From: a bacterium
GTDB lineage: Bacteria > Patescibacteriota > Saccharimonadia > UBA4664
Direction: 5' to 3'
Length of the DNA stretch: 64,000 nt
Assembly: GCA_016699105.1 (NCBI GenBank)
Contig: CP064960.1
Coordinates: 968,729-1,032,728 of the forward strand
The notes below the pieces were generated by a model. The model ran no database searches, was not told the DNA's origin, and was given only the letters and a program-made list of their open reading frames with translations. A program made the translations under genes and the position numbers. Below, in pieces: positions 1 through 10,144 of this stretch; positions within the stretch are counted from its first letter, which is position 1, and every line of letters begins with the position of its first letter.

Positions 1-68
1 AATCCTAATATGACGATGTTGATAATGGCAAGTAACAGCAGGAGATATAACATAAACGTCCTTTCTCT

Positions 69-1445
69 TTAATCGTGGCGTTGGGAGCGTCTGGCTGGAG
101 CTGTGGCACCGATACTGTCGATGGCGTCAATGACCGAGCTAACACCAGATATACCCTTGGGAGCATGATAGGCGGGTCCGATGACGTGTCGGTACCCCAG
201 CCTGACGGCTTCAGCTTGTCGTCGGGCAGCCTGGGCGACGGCCCGGACTTCACCACTGAGGCCCACTTCGCCAAAGATGGCGGTGTTCTCAGGTACCGGC
301 GTATCAGCTAAAGCTGAGGCGATGGCACATATAATTGCAAGATCGGCGGCTGGCTCGGCCACCCGTAGGCCACCCACGACGTTAACATAAATGTCATGTG
401 AACTCAAGTTTAGGCCACCGCGTCGCCCCAGTACGGCGACCAGTAAGTTGAGCCGGTTGAGGTCAAAGCCGGCAGCTGTGCGCTTCGGGTACCCAAATGG
501 CGTTGGTGCCACCAATGCTTGGACTTCTACCAGGATAGGACGGGTGCCTTCAAGCGTTGCCAAAACGACCGAACCGCTGGCAGGCGTGCGTTCAGCAAGT
601 AGCGCCGCCGACGGATTCGATACTCCGAGCAGTCCTTGTTCCCCCATTTCGAAGATGCCGGTTTCACTGGTAGAGCCAAAACGGTTTTTAATGCCGCGCA
701 AGGCTTTAAACGTGCCGTAACGCTCACCTTCTAGATACAAGACAACATCTACCAAGTGTTCCAGAATTTTGGGTCCGGCGATGGTGCCTTCTTTGGTGAC
801 ATGCCCGATTACCAACGTGGCAATACCGAACTTTTTAGCAGCCGTCTGGATGGTATGAGTGGCAGCTGTGATTTGGCCGACGGTACCGGAGGCACCCGTC
901 AAGACGGTAGTCGCCATGGTTTGAATTGAGTCAATGATGACAAGGTCATATTGACCGGCCGCCATCGTGGCTACCACAATATCAACGTCAGTTTCAGCTA
1001 AGAGTTCAAGGGGAGCTTGTCCAAACCCGAGCCGGTCAGCCCGTAGTTTGATTTGAGCGGCCGATTCTTCTCCTGATACATACAACACCGCCCGGTCAGC
1101 TAGTGCTAAGTGAGCTGCAATTTGTAATACGAGTGTGCTTTTGCCAATACCGGGGTCGCCCGATAGCAACATAATAGAACCAGTGACGATGCCACCACCT
1201 AGTACCTGATCCACCTCTGTGAGCCCGGTACTCAAGCGCGGCTGTTTCGACACATCGATGGTTGATAATGATTGGGGTCTAGCGGCGGCAGCTGAGCGCG
1301 ACCGACTGCCAGCAGTCGTCGTGGGCGCCGAGACCGCTTGTTCGACAAGGCTATTCCATTCGCCACACTGCTCACACTTACCCATCCAACGGCTGTAGCT
1401 GGCTCCACATTGAGCACAGGTGTACGCAGTCGTGGGTTTAGCCAT
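69..1445 (-). CDS. radA: DNA repair protein RadA (Sms)
   Basis: 458-aa intact ORF. N-terminal C4 zinc ribbon (CAQCG...CEQCG), Walker A GDPGIGKST, KNRFG motif and a Lon-like C-terminal domain. Confidence 0.95.
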   Translation of the reverse strand: MAKPTTAYTCAQCGASYSRWMGKCEQCGEWNSLVEQAVSAPTTTAGSRSRSAAAARPQSLSTIDVSKQPRLSTGLTEVDQVLGGGIVTGSIMLLSGDPGIGKSTLVLQIAAHLALADRAVLYVSGEESAAQIKLRADRLGFGQAPLELLAETDVDIVVATMAAGQYDLVIIDSIQTMATTVLTGASGTVGQITAATHTIQTAAKKFGIATLVIGHVTKEGTIAGPKILEHLVDVVLYLEGERYGTFKALRGIKNRFGSTSETGIFEMGEQGLLGVSNPSAALLAERTPASGSVVLATLEGTRPILVEVQALVAPTPFGYPKRTAAGFDLNRLNLLVAVLGRRGGLNLSSHDIYVNVVGGLRVAEPAADLAIICAIASALADTPVPENTAIFGEVGLSGEVRAVAQAARRQAEAVRLGYRHVIGPAYHAPKGISGVSSVIDAIDSIGATAPARRSQRHD

Positions 1446-1448
1446 AGC

Positions 1449-4007
1449 TTAGCGGCTGTTGGCCGTTGAATTGGTGGCGTTGGATGGCGATTGATTGGTG
1501 CGTTTGGCTGGTCGATTGTATGGCCGAAGTACCAATTCATCCTGGCGACGACTAACCGAGATAGTATCACCTTCCCGGAACGTCCCGTCGAGCAAACCAG
1601 CAGCTAGAGGGTCTTCGACTAATCGTTGGATGGTGCGCCGTAACGGCCGAGCACCTTGTTTGGCATCGTAGCCCTTTTCAATCAAGAGGGCGCGAGCGGC
1701 GGGTAAGAACCGTAAACTCAAATGCTGTTTGGCTAAACGGCGGCCGAGTTCAGCCAATTGCAGACTCAATATTTCACGAAGAGAGATTGGCGATAGGGCG
1801 TGAAAGACAACGGTCGAATCGACCCGGTTCAAAAATTCGGGTTTGAAATGTTGGCGAAGGGCTTCGAGTACATTGGTTTTGACCCGCTCGTGCTCGACTT
1901 CGAGGGCCCGTTCACCGGCTGCGGTCGTCGTCCGGAAGCCGAGGGCGGCTTCGTGGAACATATCGGCGGCACCAACATTGGAAGTCATAATGATGACAGT
2001 ATTACGAAAATCGATTTTGCGACCTTTGGCATCACTAACGTAACCGTCTTCGAGAATTTGCAATAACATATTGAAAACATCGGGGTGGGCTTTTTCGATC
2101 TCATCAAACAAGATCAAGCTGTATGGACGGCGACGTACCATTTCGGTCAACTGGCCACCATCTTCATAGCCAACATAGCCAGCCGGAGCTCCAACTAACC
2201 GCGACACGTTGTGTTTTTCCATGAACTCACTCATATCGACCTTGATAAGGGCGTCGCGGTCATGGAACATTTCTTCACTCAAGACCCGGGCTAGTTCAGT
2301 TTTGCCGACACCAGTTGGTCCCAAGAACATGAAGGAACCGATTGGCCGGCGACTATCACCAACTCCGGACCGTGACCGGCGGATTGCGGCAGCCACAGCT
2401 GCGACGGCTTCATCTTGGCCAATTATGCGTCGGCGCAAATTGGCGTCGAGATTCGACAGGTTTTGGGCTTCAGCTTGAGCTAAGCGGGTGGCTGGTATTC
2501 CAGTCATAAGGGCAACCACTTGTGCGATGTCCTCGATTTCGAGTTGTAATTTCGGTAAGTCACCTTCGCGACGGTCAAGCGTTGATAGTCTACCTTGAAT
2601 AACCGATTCGCGCGTTTTGAGGCGGGCGGCCAATTCGAAGTCTTGGTCAAAAACGGCGTTTTCGATGTCATCGCGAATTTCAATTAAGGTTTGGTTGAGC
2701 GTGCGGCGCGACTTACTGGTGCCACCCCGTTGAATACGAACCAAACTGGCTGCTTCATCGACTAAATCGATGGCTTTGTCGGGCATAAATCGGTCAGCCA
2801 CATAGCGCTTAGCCATTTCGGCAGCGGCCGTCAGGGCTGCATCGGTGAGCTTGAGTTTGTGATGAGCTTCGTAGTGAGGCCGCAAGCCCCGTAATACGGC
2901 GATGGTTTCGTCGACTGTAGCTTCGGGCACGATAATGGGCTGGAAACGGCGTTCGAGCGCCGAATCTTTTTCGATGTGTTTGCGGTATTCGTCGAGTGTG
3001 GTGGCGCCAATGACTTGGATTTGGCCCCGGCTCAAAGCTGGCTTGAGAATATTTGCCGCATCAATAGCACCTTCGGCAGCTCCGGCTCCGACCACGGTAT
3101 GGAGCTCGTCGATAAACAAGATAATGTTGGGAGTAGCAGTGGCTTCGTCGAGCAGTTTCTTGAGTCGCTCTTCAAATTCGCCCCGATATTTAGTGCCGGC
3201 AACCACGGCCGCAAGGTCTAACGCCACCAGGCGTTTACCGAGCAAATGCTCTGGCACATCGCCGGTGGAGATTGATTGAGCCAGACCTTCGGCAATAGCC
3301 GTTTTACCCACACCTGGTTCGCCAATGAGGACAGGATTGTTTTTGGTTCGACGACCCAAGACTGACACTACCCGGCTCATCTGGGGTTGCCGGCCTACCA
3401 TGGGATCGAGTTCACTTTTGGCGGCTTTGGCGGTCAAATCATGACCAAAATGATCGAGGGCTGGTGTACTAGACTTGCCATTATGTTTGGGTGCCCGGGC
3501 TGACATGGCTTGAGAATCTTCGGGAAAAGCTGGCTGTTGATTACCTAGATAGTTCTCAACTTGTGTGCGGATATTAGCCGGGTCCACTTGTAGATCATTG
3601 CGCAACAAGCTAATTGCCCGCGCACTTTTTTCGCTCAGAATTGCATAGAGGATATGTTCAGTACCACAGTACGGTTGGCCAAATTCTTTGGCGATCCGCA
3701 GACTATAGGTGAGTGTTCGTTTAGCAGTCTCGGAGGCACCTTTGTAGCCGGTACCAACCATTTGCTGACTAAAACTCAAAACGAGTTGAGCTTTCTCGAA
3801 GGTTACTCCGGCAGAACCCAAGATTTTGGCACCAATTGAGGTGTCTTGTTGGAGGACTCCCAACAAAATATGCTCGGTGCCAACGTAGCTACTGCCCATC
3901 TGGGTGGCTATGGTTTCGGCATTGTGTAAACTGCGTTTGGCGTTGTCGGTAAAACGGTCAAAGTGGGCGCTCATGTCGGCCATGGCGGGCTCCTTTCGAA
4001 CAAACAA
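1449..4007 (-). CDS. clpC: Clp-family AAA+ chaperone, ClpC-like
   Basis: 852-aa ORF. Two Clp_N repeats, two AAA+ modules (GEPGVGKTAIAEGLA and GPTGVGKTELARVL) and a UVR-like linker (DQDFELAARLKTRE). Its stop lies 4 nt before the radA start. Confidence 0.9.
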   Translation of the reverse strand: MFVRKEPAMADMSAHFDRFTDNAKRSLHNAETIATQMGSSYVGTEHILLGVLQQDTSIGAKILGSAGVTFEKAQLVLSFSQQMVGTGYKGASETAKRTLTYSLRIAKEFGQPYCGTEHILYAILSEKSARAISLLRNDLQVDPANIRTQVENYLGNQQPAFPEDSQAMSARAPKHNGKSSTPALDHFGHDLTAKAAKSELDPMVGRQPQMSRVVSVLGRRTKNNPVLIGEPGVGKTAIAEGLAQSISTGDVPEHLLGKRLVALDLAAVVAGTKYRGEFEERLKKLLDEATATPNIILFIDELHTVVGAGAAEGAIDAANILKPALSRGQIQVIGATTLDEYRKHIEKDSALERRFQPIIVPEATVDETIAVLRGLRPHYEAHHKLKLTDAALTAAAEMAKRYVADRFMPDKAIDLVDEAASLVRIQRGGTSKSRRTLNQTLIEIRDDIENAVFDQDFELAARLKTRESVIQGRLSTLDRREGDLPKLQLEIEDIAQVVALMTGIPATRLAQAEAQNLSNLDANLRRRIIGQDEAVAAVAAAIRRSRSGVGDSRRPIGSFMFLGPTGVGKTELARVLSEEMFHDRDALIKVDMSEFMEKHNVSRLVGAPAGYVGYEDGGQLTEMVRRRPYSLILFDEIEKAHPDVFNMLLQILEDGYVSDAKGRKIDFRNTVIIMTSNVGAADMFHEAALGFRTTTAAGERALEVEHERVKTNVLEALRQHFKPEFLNRVDSTVVFHALSPISLREILSLQLAELGRRLAKQHLSLRFLPAARALLIEKGYDAKQGARPLRRTIQRLVEDPLAAGLLDGTFREGDTISVSRRQDELVLRPYNRPAKRTNQSPSNATNSTANSR

Positions 4008-4035
4008 TATGGACGTATTTTTAGTATATCATCAC

Positions 4036-4062
4036 TAGCACTCAATGCAAGTGAGTGCTAGT
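4036..4062 (-). terminator. Hairpin downstream of nusA, ahead of the clpC promoter region
   Basis: 9-bp perfect inverted repeat tagcactca...tgagtgcta in the nusA-clpC gap. A 12-nt palindrome ctgactagtcag lies nearby. Confidence 0.35.
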
Positions 4063-4106
4063 TCATGACTGTGAAGTTTTTATATTAGCGGCTTCTGAAC
4101 GTCTGA

Positions 4107-5301
4107 CTAGTCAGTCTGAGTACCTGAATTGATGGCGTCAAGGAGTGAGTTTTCCAGATCGCGGGGGCTAGCAGGTTTGGCTCGAGGTTGGTCGTCGGTA
4201 ATGCTAGCGGCAGCATCGGCGGTAGCTTCGACTCGTGACTCGTCAGCTGAAATGATATCGATATTCCAGCCGGTTAGTTTGGCGGCCAGCCGGACGTTTT
4301 GACCCTGCTTACCGATGGCCAATGATAGCTGGTCTTCGGGCACACGGACGACGGCTTTCTTCTCCGTTTCATTGAGCGTAACACTCGCAACTTTGGTCGG
4401 AGAGAGAGCGTTGGCGATAAATACCGACGGATCGTCAGAAAACGGAATGATGTCAATTTTTTCTTCACCGAGATCGCTCATGACCGCTTGGACGCGTGAT
4501 CCCCGACCACCCACAAAGGTACCGACTGCATCAACACCTTGTGCATGTGAGAGCACTGCAACCTTGGAACGGACGCCAGCCTCGCGGGCAATCGCGCGAA
4601 TTTCCACGTTGCCACCTTCTATCTCGGGTACTTCGAGTTCAAATAGATGACGGACCATGTTGGCATGCGCCCGGCTCAAGACGATCTGCGGTCCGCGCAA
4701 GGTTTGTTCAACCCGAACGACATAGACTTTCAACCGTTGACCGGTGTAGTAGCGTTCACCGGGGATTTGCTCGCCACCAAACATAACCCCTACCGCTTTA
4801 CCGAGGTCGACGAATACTTGATTGCCTTCGACGCGCTGGACACTGCCGTTGAGGACGATGCCTTCTTTGTCTTTATATTCGGTAAAGATGATTTCTCGTT
4901 CGGCTTCACGCAAGCGCTGGATAATCACTTGTTTGGCAGTTTGGGCGGCCACGCGGCCGAAATCTTCAGGATGGGCTTCAAGCGTAACGGTATAGGCTTC
5001 AATTTCCTGCTCGGGATCGGCAGCGCGCACAATGGCTTTTTGTCGATTTTCTTGGCAGCTGTGAGACCGATTTGCAAAAATTCGTTTTCGACAGCATCAT
5101 CTTCCACAACGGTCTTGGTTTCAAAATGTGAGCTTCACCAGTGGTCTCATCGAGTTTGACCTGAACGTCTTGGTCACGGTCGGTATAGTCTTTTTTGTAG
5201 GCGGCGGCTAAGGCGGCTTCGACAGTATCGATAATGATATCGCGAGGGAGATTCTTCTCTTCAGCAATAGTATTGATGGCGGTCATGAAATTGGCTTGCA
5301 T
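4107..5301 (-). CDS. nusA: Transcription termination/antitermination factor NusA (two apparent frameshifts)
   Basis: Canonical N-terminus MQANFMTAINTIAEEKNLPRD. An S1-domain region (EDFGRVAAQTAKQVI) and KH domains follow in two other frames. The frame changes are at about 5105 (T run) and about 5035 (A run). AGGA lies 8 nt upstream of the ATG at 5301. Confidence 0.85.
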
Positions 5302-5383
5302 ATTCAGTTGTCCTTGAAATATTAAAATGTGGCTTAATCGAAAAACGGCCGACCTGGTGGCCGGTGTTACGTCTAATATTATA

Positions 5384-5833
5384 TCACGACTTTTTGGCGG
5401 GAGATAGCTTAGTGACCCCAATACGGACGACTAACAGTGTCACGATAATGATAGCCAAACTGGCCGTATCAGCCAAACTGGGATGTTTAAACCAGAGACT
5501 TATGACTTCATTGAGCATAATGATGAGTATAGTATCGACGATATAGCGCACCTGCACATAGCCGTCTTTGAGATAACCGAGAATGGTGATTGACACTTCA
5601 GTTAGAGCCAGTATGAAAACTGCATCGAGCAATACTAGTTGCAAAATATACTCGAGTGGTTGGTGAATATTGCGGTACAGATCAAAGCCGGCTTTGCCGA
5701 TGCCAATAAAGAGGGCGGCGCAGGTAATCGCCAAGAGTAAATTAAGCCCCAATCGAATCAAGGTGGCATACCACAAACTGACGCGATCAAAATATTTTTC
5801 GTGCTCGGGTTCGAGCTCCATGGTTTGCTTCAT
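5384..5833 (-). CDS. PsiE-like membrane protein
   Basis: 149-aa ORF with 4 predicted TM helices and a PsiE-like pattern (LIRLGLNLLLAITCAALFIG ... YVQVRYIVDTILIIMLNEVI). Confidence 0.45.
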   Translation of the reverse strand: MKQTMELEPEHEKYFDRVSLWYATLIRLGLNLLLAITCAALFIGIGKAGFDLYRNIHQPLEYILQLVLLDAVFILALTEVSITILGYLKDGYVQVRYIVDTILIIMLNEVISLWFKHPSLADTASLAIIIVTLLVVRIGVTKLSPAKKS

Positions 5834-5863
5834 AACTTTGGGTAGTATACGCTAAATTTAACC

Positions 5864-8472
5864 ATGAAAGGAGGAGGTAGTTTGGCTGTTGTACATTTAC
5901 TCGACACTATTCGACCGGAACGCTACCAATTAACACTCAATGTAACTGCGGATTGGGATTCATTTTCGGCAACCGAAATATGTGAGTTTCGATTGGATAT
6001 GCCCGCAACGACGGTAACGTTACACGCCGTTGGGCTCGATATAACAGATGCTGAGATTGAAGGCAATCGGGCGCAGGCTATAACGTATAACGTCCAAGCA
6101 CAAACGGTCAGTTTTGAATTTGGGAAAGAATTGGCAGCCGGTCAACAGCGCTTAAAACTGGCTTTTACCGGTTCTATTCAAGATTCTTTGCATGGTTTTT
6201 ACCGAGCCGCTTATGACCATCAAGGTAGCCAAGCCTGGTTTTTGATGACGCAATTTGAAGCCATTCATGCTCGGGAAGCTATGGTCTGTGTGGATGAGCC
6301 AGCGGCCAAGGCGGTGTTTGAGATTAGTCTGGAGTTCCCGGATCAACCAGGATTGACTGCGTTGAGCAATACACCTGTCGCCAGTGATGAAGTAATTGAT
6401 GGGTTGCGCCGGGTAAATTTTGAACCAACACCCAAGATGAGTACCTACTTACTAGCTTGGGTAGTGAGCCAACTGGCCGAAACTCATACTACTACCAACC
6501 AAGGCGTGCTTGTCGGAATATATGCCACTCCCGGACATGCTGGTAGTTTAGACTATGCTCGCGATAGCGCCGTTCGGATTTTGGAACACTATGAAGCCTA
6601 CTTCGGTATACCGTATCCGCTGCCTAAACTCGATTTAGTAGCTTGTCCAAATTTTGCTGCGGCCGCTATGGAAAACTGGGGTTGGTCACGTATCGGGAAA
6701 CCGATTTACTGGTTGACGCAGTGCACACATCGCTGGCTAACAAGCAGCGAGTCATTGAAGTGATCGCCCATGAGTTGGCTCACCAATGGTTCGGTGATCT
6801 CGTGACCATGGTCTGGTGGGAAGACTTATGGCTCAATGAAAGTTTTGCGTCGTGGGCTGAAACTATGACGGTTAATATTTTGGAGCCGGAATGGCAATGG
6901 TGGACCGAATATACCGTGGGGCTGGGTAGCTATGCGCGAGAACTAGACAGTTTGATCAATACCCACCCTATTTTGGTAGAAGTACCCGATCCAAAGGGCC
7001 TCGATGAGATATTCGACGCAATTTCTTACTTCAAGGGTCAAGGCTTGATTCGAATGTTGGAAGCGTATCTAGGGCCGAAGACGTTTCAAAAAGGCTTACA
7101 AGGCTACATTCAAGCACATGCCTATAGCAATGCCACTACGGCCGATTTATGGGCTGCATTGAGTCAGGCAGCCGGTCTAGATGTGGTTGCCCTGATGGAA
7201 ACATGGACCACAGCTCCAGGTTTCCCTATGGTGAGCTATAGCAAAGACCAGATGACTGTCGAACGCTTTGTGGCCAGTCCCCGCGAAGCCCGAAAACTTG
7301 CCTCGTCATCTGTTCTACCGACTTGGCATATACCGTGGTCTGCGGTATACGGCGATACCCATGGCCGACCCAAGACTTTGCCACCAGTGCTCGTTGACAA
7401 TATTAACGCCGATTTGCCAGTAGAAATTGCCCAAGCTGATTGGTTTAAACCCAATCCAGGCGAGCAGGGTTTCTGGCGTTCACGCTACAACGAGCAGCAA
7501 TTAAGCAGTTTACGCATTCCATTACAGGAGCGCCTGCTGTCGGTGGCTGATCGCTACGGCGTTATCGCCGATGTCTGGGCGAGCGTCAGTGCCGGACATA
7601 TGAGCACTGGTTCAGCCTTGGAGTTGGTAGCAGCGTTACGTGATGAACCGGATTACTACGCGCTGGTGGCTTTGCTCAACGGTTTTGGTGATGTCTTGGC
7701 CATTGTCGAAGATCAAGCGGTTCGTGATCAGCTCAAGAGTTTTGGCAAATGGTTGGTCAGCGCCCACTATGAACGACTCGGTTGGCAGCCCCATGATACA
7801 GACACTCACTTCGATACCCTGCTGCGTCCGGTCGTGTTGGCGGCCGGTGTACGATTTGATGTGCCTGGAGCAGGAGACCGCGCGCTCGAGCTATTTGGTC
7901 AGTATGTGAGTGGTCAAGATCTGGATGCCAACATCCGCTCAGCCGTTCTGTATGGCGCAGCTCGAAGTGGTGGAGAACCCGAATACGAGCAGATGTTGGC
8001 ACTGTATAAAAACGAAACGGCACCGCAAGCGCGACAGGCTCAACTTGTAAATTTGGGTAGGTTCCGCGATGCTGGTTTAGCGCAGCGGTCCCTCGATATG
8101 GCGATGAGCAATAAGGTCAAGTCGCAAGACCTGGTCTATGGATTAGCTGGAGTGTGGCGCACGCGCGAGCATCGCGAACTCGCCTGGAACCACTTACAGG
8201 TAAATTGGCCAGAGCTCGTGAAACGTTATGGCGAGGGCGGCCATATGCTTGATCGGTTCCCCGATTTTGCAGGCGACGCTTTTGCTACTTCTACTCAAGC
8301 CGATATGGTGGCGGCATTTTTTGCCAAACATCCGCACGTTTTGATTGACCGGCCAGTGGCCCAAGCAGTCGAGACGATCCGACTCAAAGCTGATTGGTAC
8401 GATCGTGATCGCCAAGCTATTGCCAACTTCATTACCAGTTGGATTCAAGAAAACAAGGCATTGGGCACATAG
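5864..8472 (+). CDS. pepN: Aminopeptidase N (M1 family), one apparent frameshift
   Basis: GAMEN-like AAMENWG, HELAHQWFG zinc motif and WLNESFASW. The two ORF-track pieces (5864-6763 and 6643-8472) join at about 6680 inside a GGGG/TT run (expected ...MENWGLVTYRE...). RBS aaaggaggagg precedes the start. Confidence 0.9.
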
Positions 8473-8816
8473 GTAATTTCCGTCTGACCGACTGGTCCGT
8501 CGACGGCGACAATATCGATTTGCCAGGCGCCGGAATACCGCTTCGCCTGACACCAAGCTGCTGCGGCGCGTTGTAAACGGGCAATTTTAGCTGGCACTAC
8601 ATATTCGACGGCCGTTCCCCACTGACGGCTCTCTCGATATTTGACCTCAACAATATGAACGACGCCCTGATGTATCGTCACGATATCAAGTTCACAAAAG
8701 CGGGTGCGCCAATTTTGATCAAGCAATTGGTGACCGAGTCCAACGAGATAGCGGGCGGCCTCAGCTTCAGCTTGCCGGCCGATGGTAGTTGGAGAGAGCT
8801 TCTTAGGAGTAGGCAT
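8445..8816 (-). CDS. yraN: YraN (UPF0102) family endonuclease
   Basis: 123-aa ORF with a UPF0102 pattern (ELDIVTIHQGVVHIVEVKYRESRQWG). Confidence 0.7.
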   Translation of the reverse strand: MPTPKKLSPTTIGRQAEAEAARYLVGLGHQLLDQNWRTRFCELDIVTIHQGVVHIVEVKYRESRQWGTAVEYVVPAKIARLQRAAAAWCQAKRYSGAWQIDIVAVDGPVGQTEITYVPNALFS

Positions 8817-8817
8817 G

Positions 8818-9399
8818 TTATAGCGCCCTCAAGACTGGAGCTACACTTCGGCGGTGAACAACCGTAGGCCCACAGGCGGCCAGGACTTGTTGGTGTATAG
8901 CTGTGCCGTAGCCTTTGTGACGGGCGAAGCCGTAATTTTGATATGTATGGTCAAGTTTTATCATCAGATTGTCACGAGCGACTTTGGCTACAATAGATGC
9001 TGCTGAAACTGCCGGGATGGTGGCGTCGGCTTTGACCGTCGCCTGTGCTAGTAAACCGAGGCTTTGGAGATAATTATAATTACCATCAAGGGCAATAATT
9101 CCCGGCCAATCTAGTTCCAATTGTAAGGCTTGATATGCCCGAAATCCTGATTGCTGGATGGCCCACGATAGTCCATGACTATCAACTTCAGCTGGAGCTA
9201 CCCAGCCGATACCAATACCAAGGGCAAGTTGGCGGATCAGACGGTTCGCCTGTACTCTTCTAATTGATGATAAGGACTTGGAATCGCGAACGAGAGGTAG
9301 TTGCAATGCATCCGGCCAAATGACGGCGGCGGCTACCACCGGACCAGCCCAAGCTCCCCGGCCGACTTCATCGATGCCGAGGGTGGCTGGTTCGTACAT
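8818..9399 (-). CDS. rnhB: Ribonuclease HII
   Basis: 193-aa ORF with GIDEVGRGAWAGPVVAAAV and DSKSLS motifs. Confidence 0.9.
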   Translation of the reverse strand: MYEPATLGIDEVGRGAWAGPVVAAAVIWPDALQLPLVRDSKSLSSIRRVQANRLIRQLALGIGIGWVAPAEVDSHGLSWAIQQSGFRAYQALQLELDWPGIIALDGNYNYLQSLGLLAQATVKADATIPAVSAASIVAKVARDNLMIKLDHTYQNYGFARHKGYGTAIHQQVLAACGPTVVHRRSVAPVLRAL

Positions 9400-9441
9400 A
9401 CGTATTGTTACTGACTTAGCTGGTTTTGCTGTCGGCTTTGG

Positions 9442-9992
9442 CTACGCCTTTGGTAGCTTCTTCGGCCATGGCAGTGGCTTCGCTGCCGGCGGCCTCATCA
9501 GTTGAGGGGCTTCGTCATCGGCGGCAACCGCCTTGTTTTCGGCTTTGACAACGTCGTCGAGAGATACTGCTTCATCAAGGACATCAGGATCGGCACTTAC
9601 TTCAGGCATTACTTCTGGGACAGAAACGTCGTTGGCGGCGGCTCGGTCGAAGCTTACTTCCTGCAAACGGGCAGATTTACCACGGCGATCACGTAAGAAC
9701 GACAAGAAATTGCGACGAACTTTGGCGCGACGGAGAATATCAACTTTGGCAACATTGGGCGAGTGCATGAGGAAGGTTTTTTCGACACCTACTCCTGAGG
9801 CAATGCGTCGGACGGTGATAGTAGCACCAAGCTCGTTCATGCGGTGGCGTCGGATGACGACACCCTCAAAACCTGAATACGTTGCTTGCTGCCTTCTTTG
9901 ATGAGCTGATGTACTTTGACCGTGTCACCAGTCTGAACCTGCGGTAATGCTGGTTTGCGGTACGTGCGCTCGAGTTGGGTGATGAGTTCCAT
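9442..9992 (-). CDS. rplS: 50S ribosomal protein L19 (one apparent frameshift; unusual C-terminal tail of about 65 aa)
   Basis: The N-terminus MELITQLERTYRKPALPQVQTGDTVKV is in one frame and TITVRRIASGVGVEKTFLMHSPNVAKVDILRRAKVRR...RDRRGKSARLQE in the next. The shift is at about 9868 in a TTTT run. An acidic, Pro-rich C-terminal extension follows the conserved core. Confidence 0.8.
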
Positions 9993-10144
9993 AACCTGGT
10001 TAGATTAGCATATCTTGAAAGCTTAGGCAATAGCGTTGGTATACTTATTGTTCATTCGTCGAAACAAGCCCGCCAATTGCTGTCAATATATCACTTAAAT
10101 TCTGGTGACAAGTCCACCAGTGGCAATATTTTCGAGTGCTTTAC

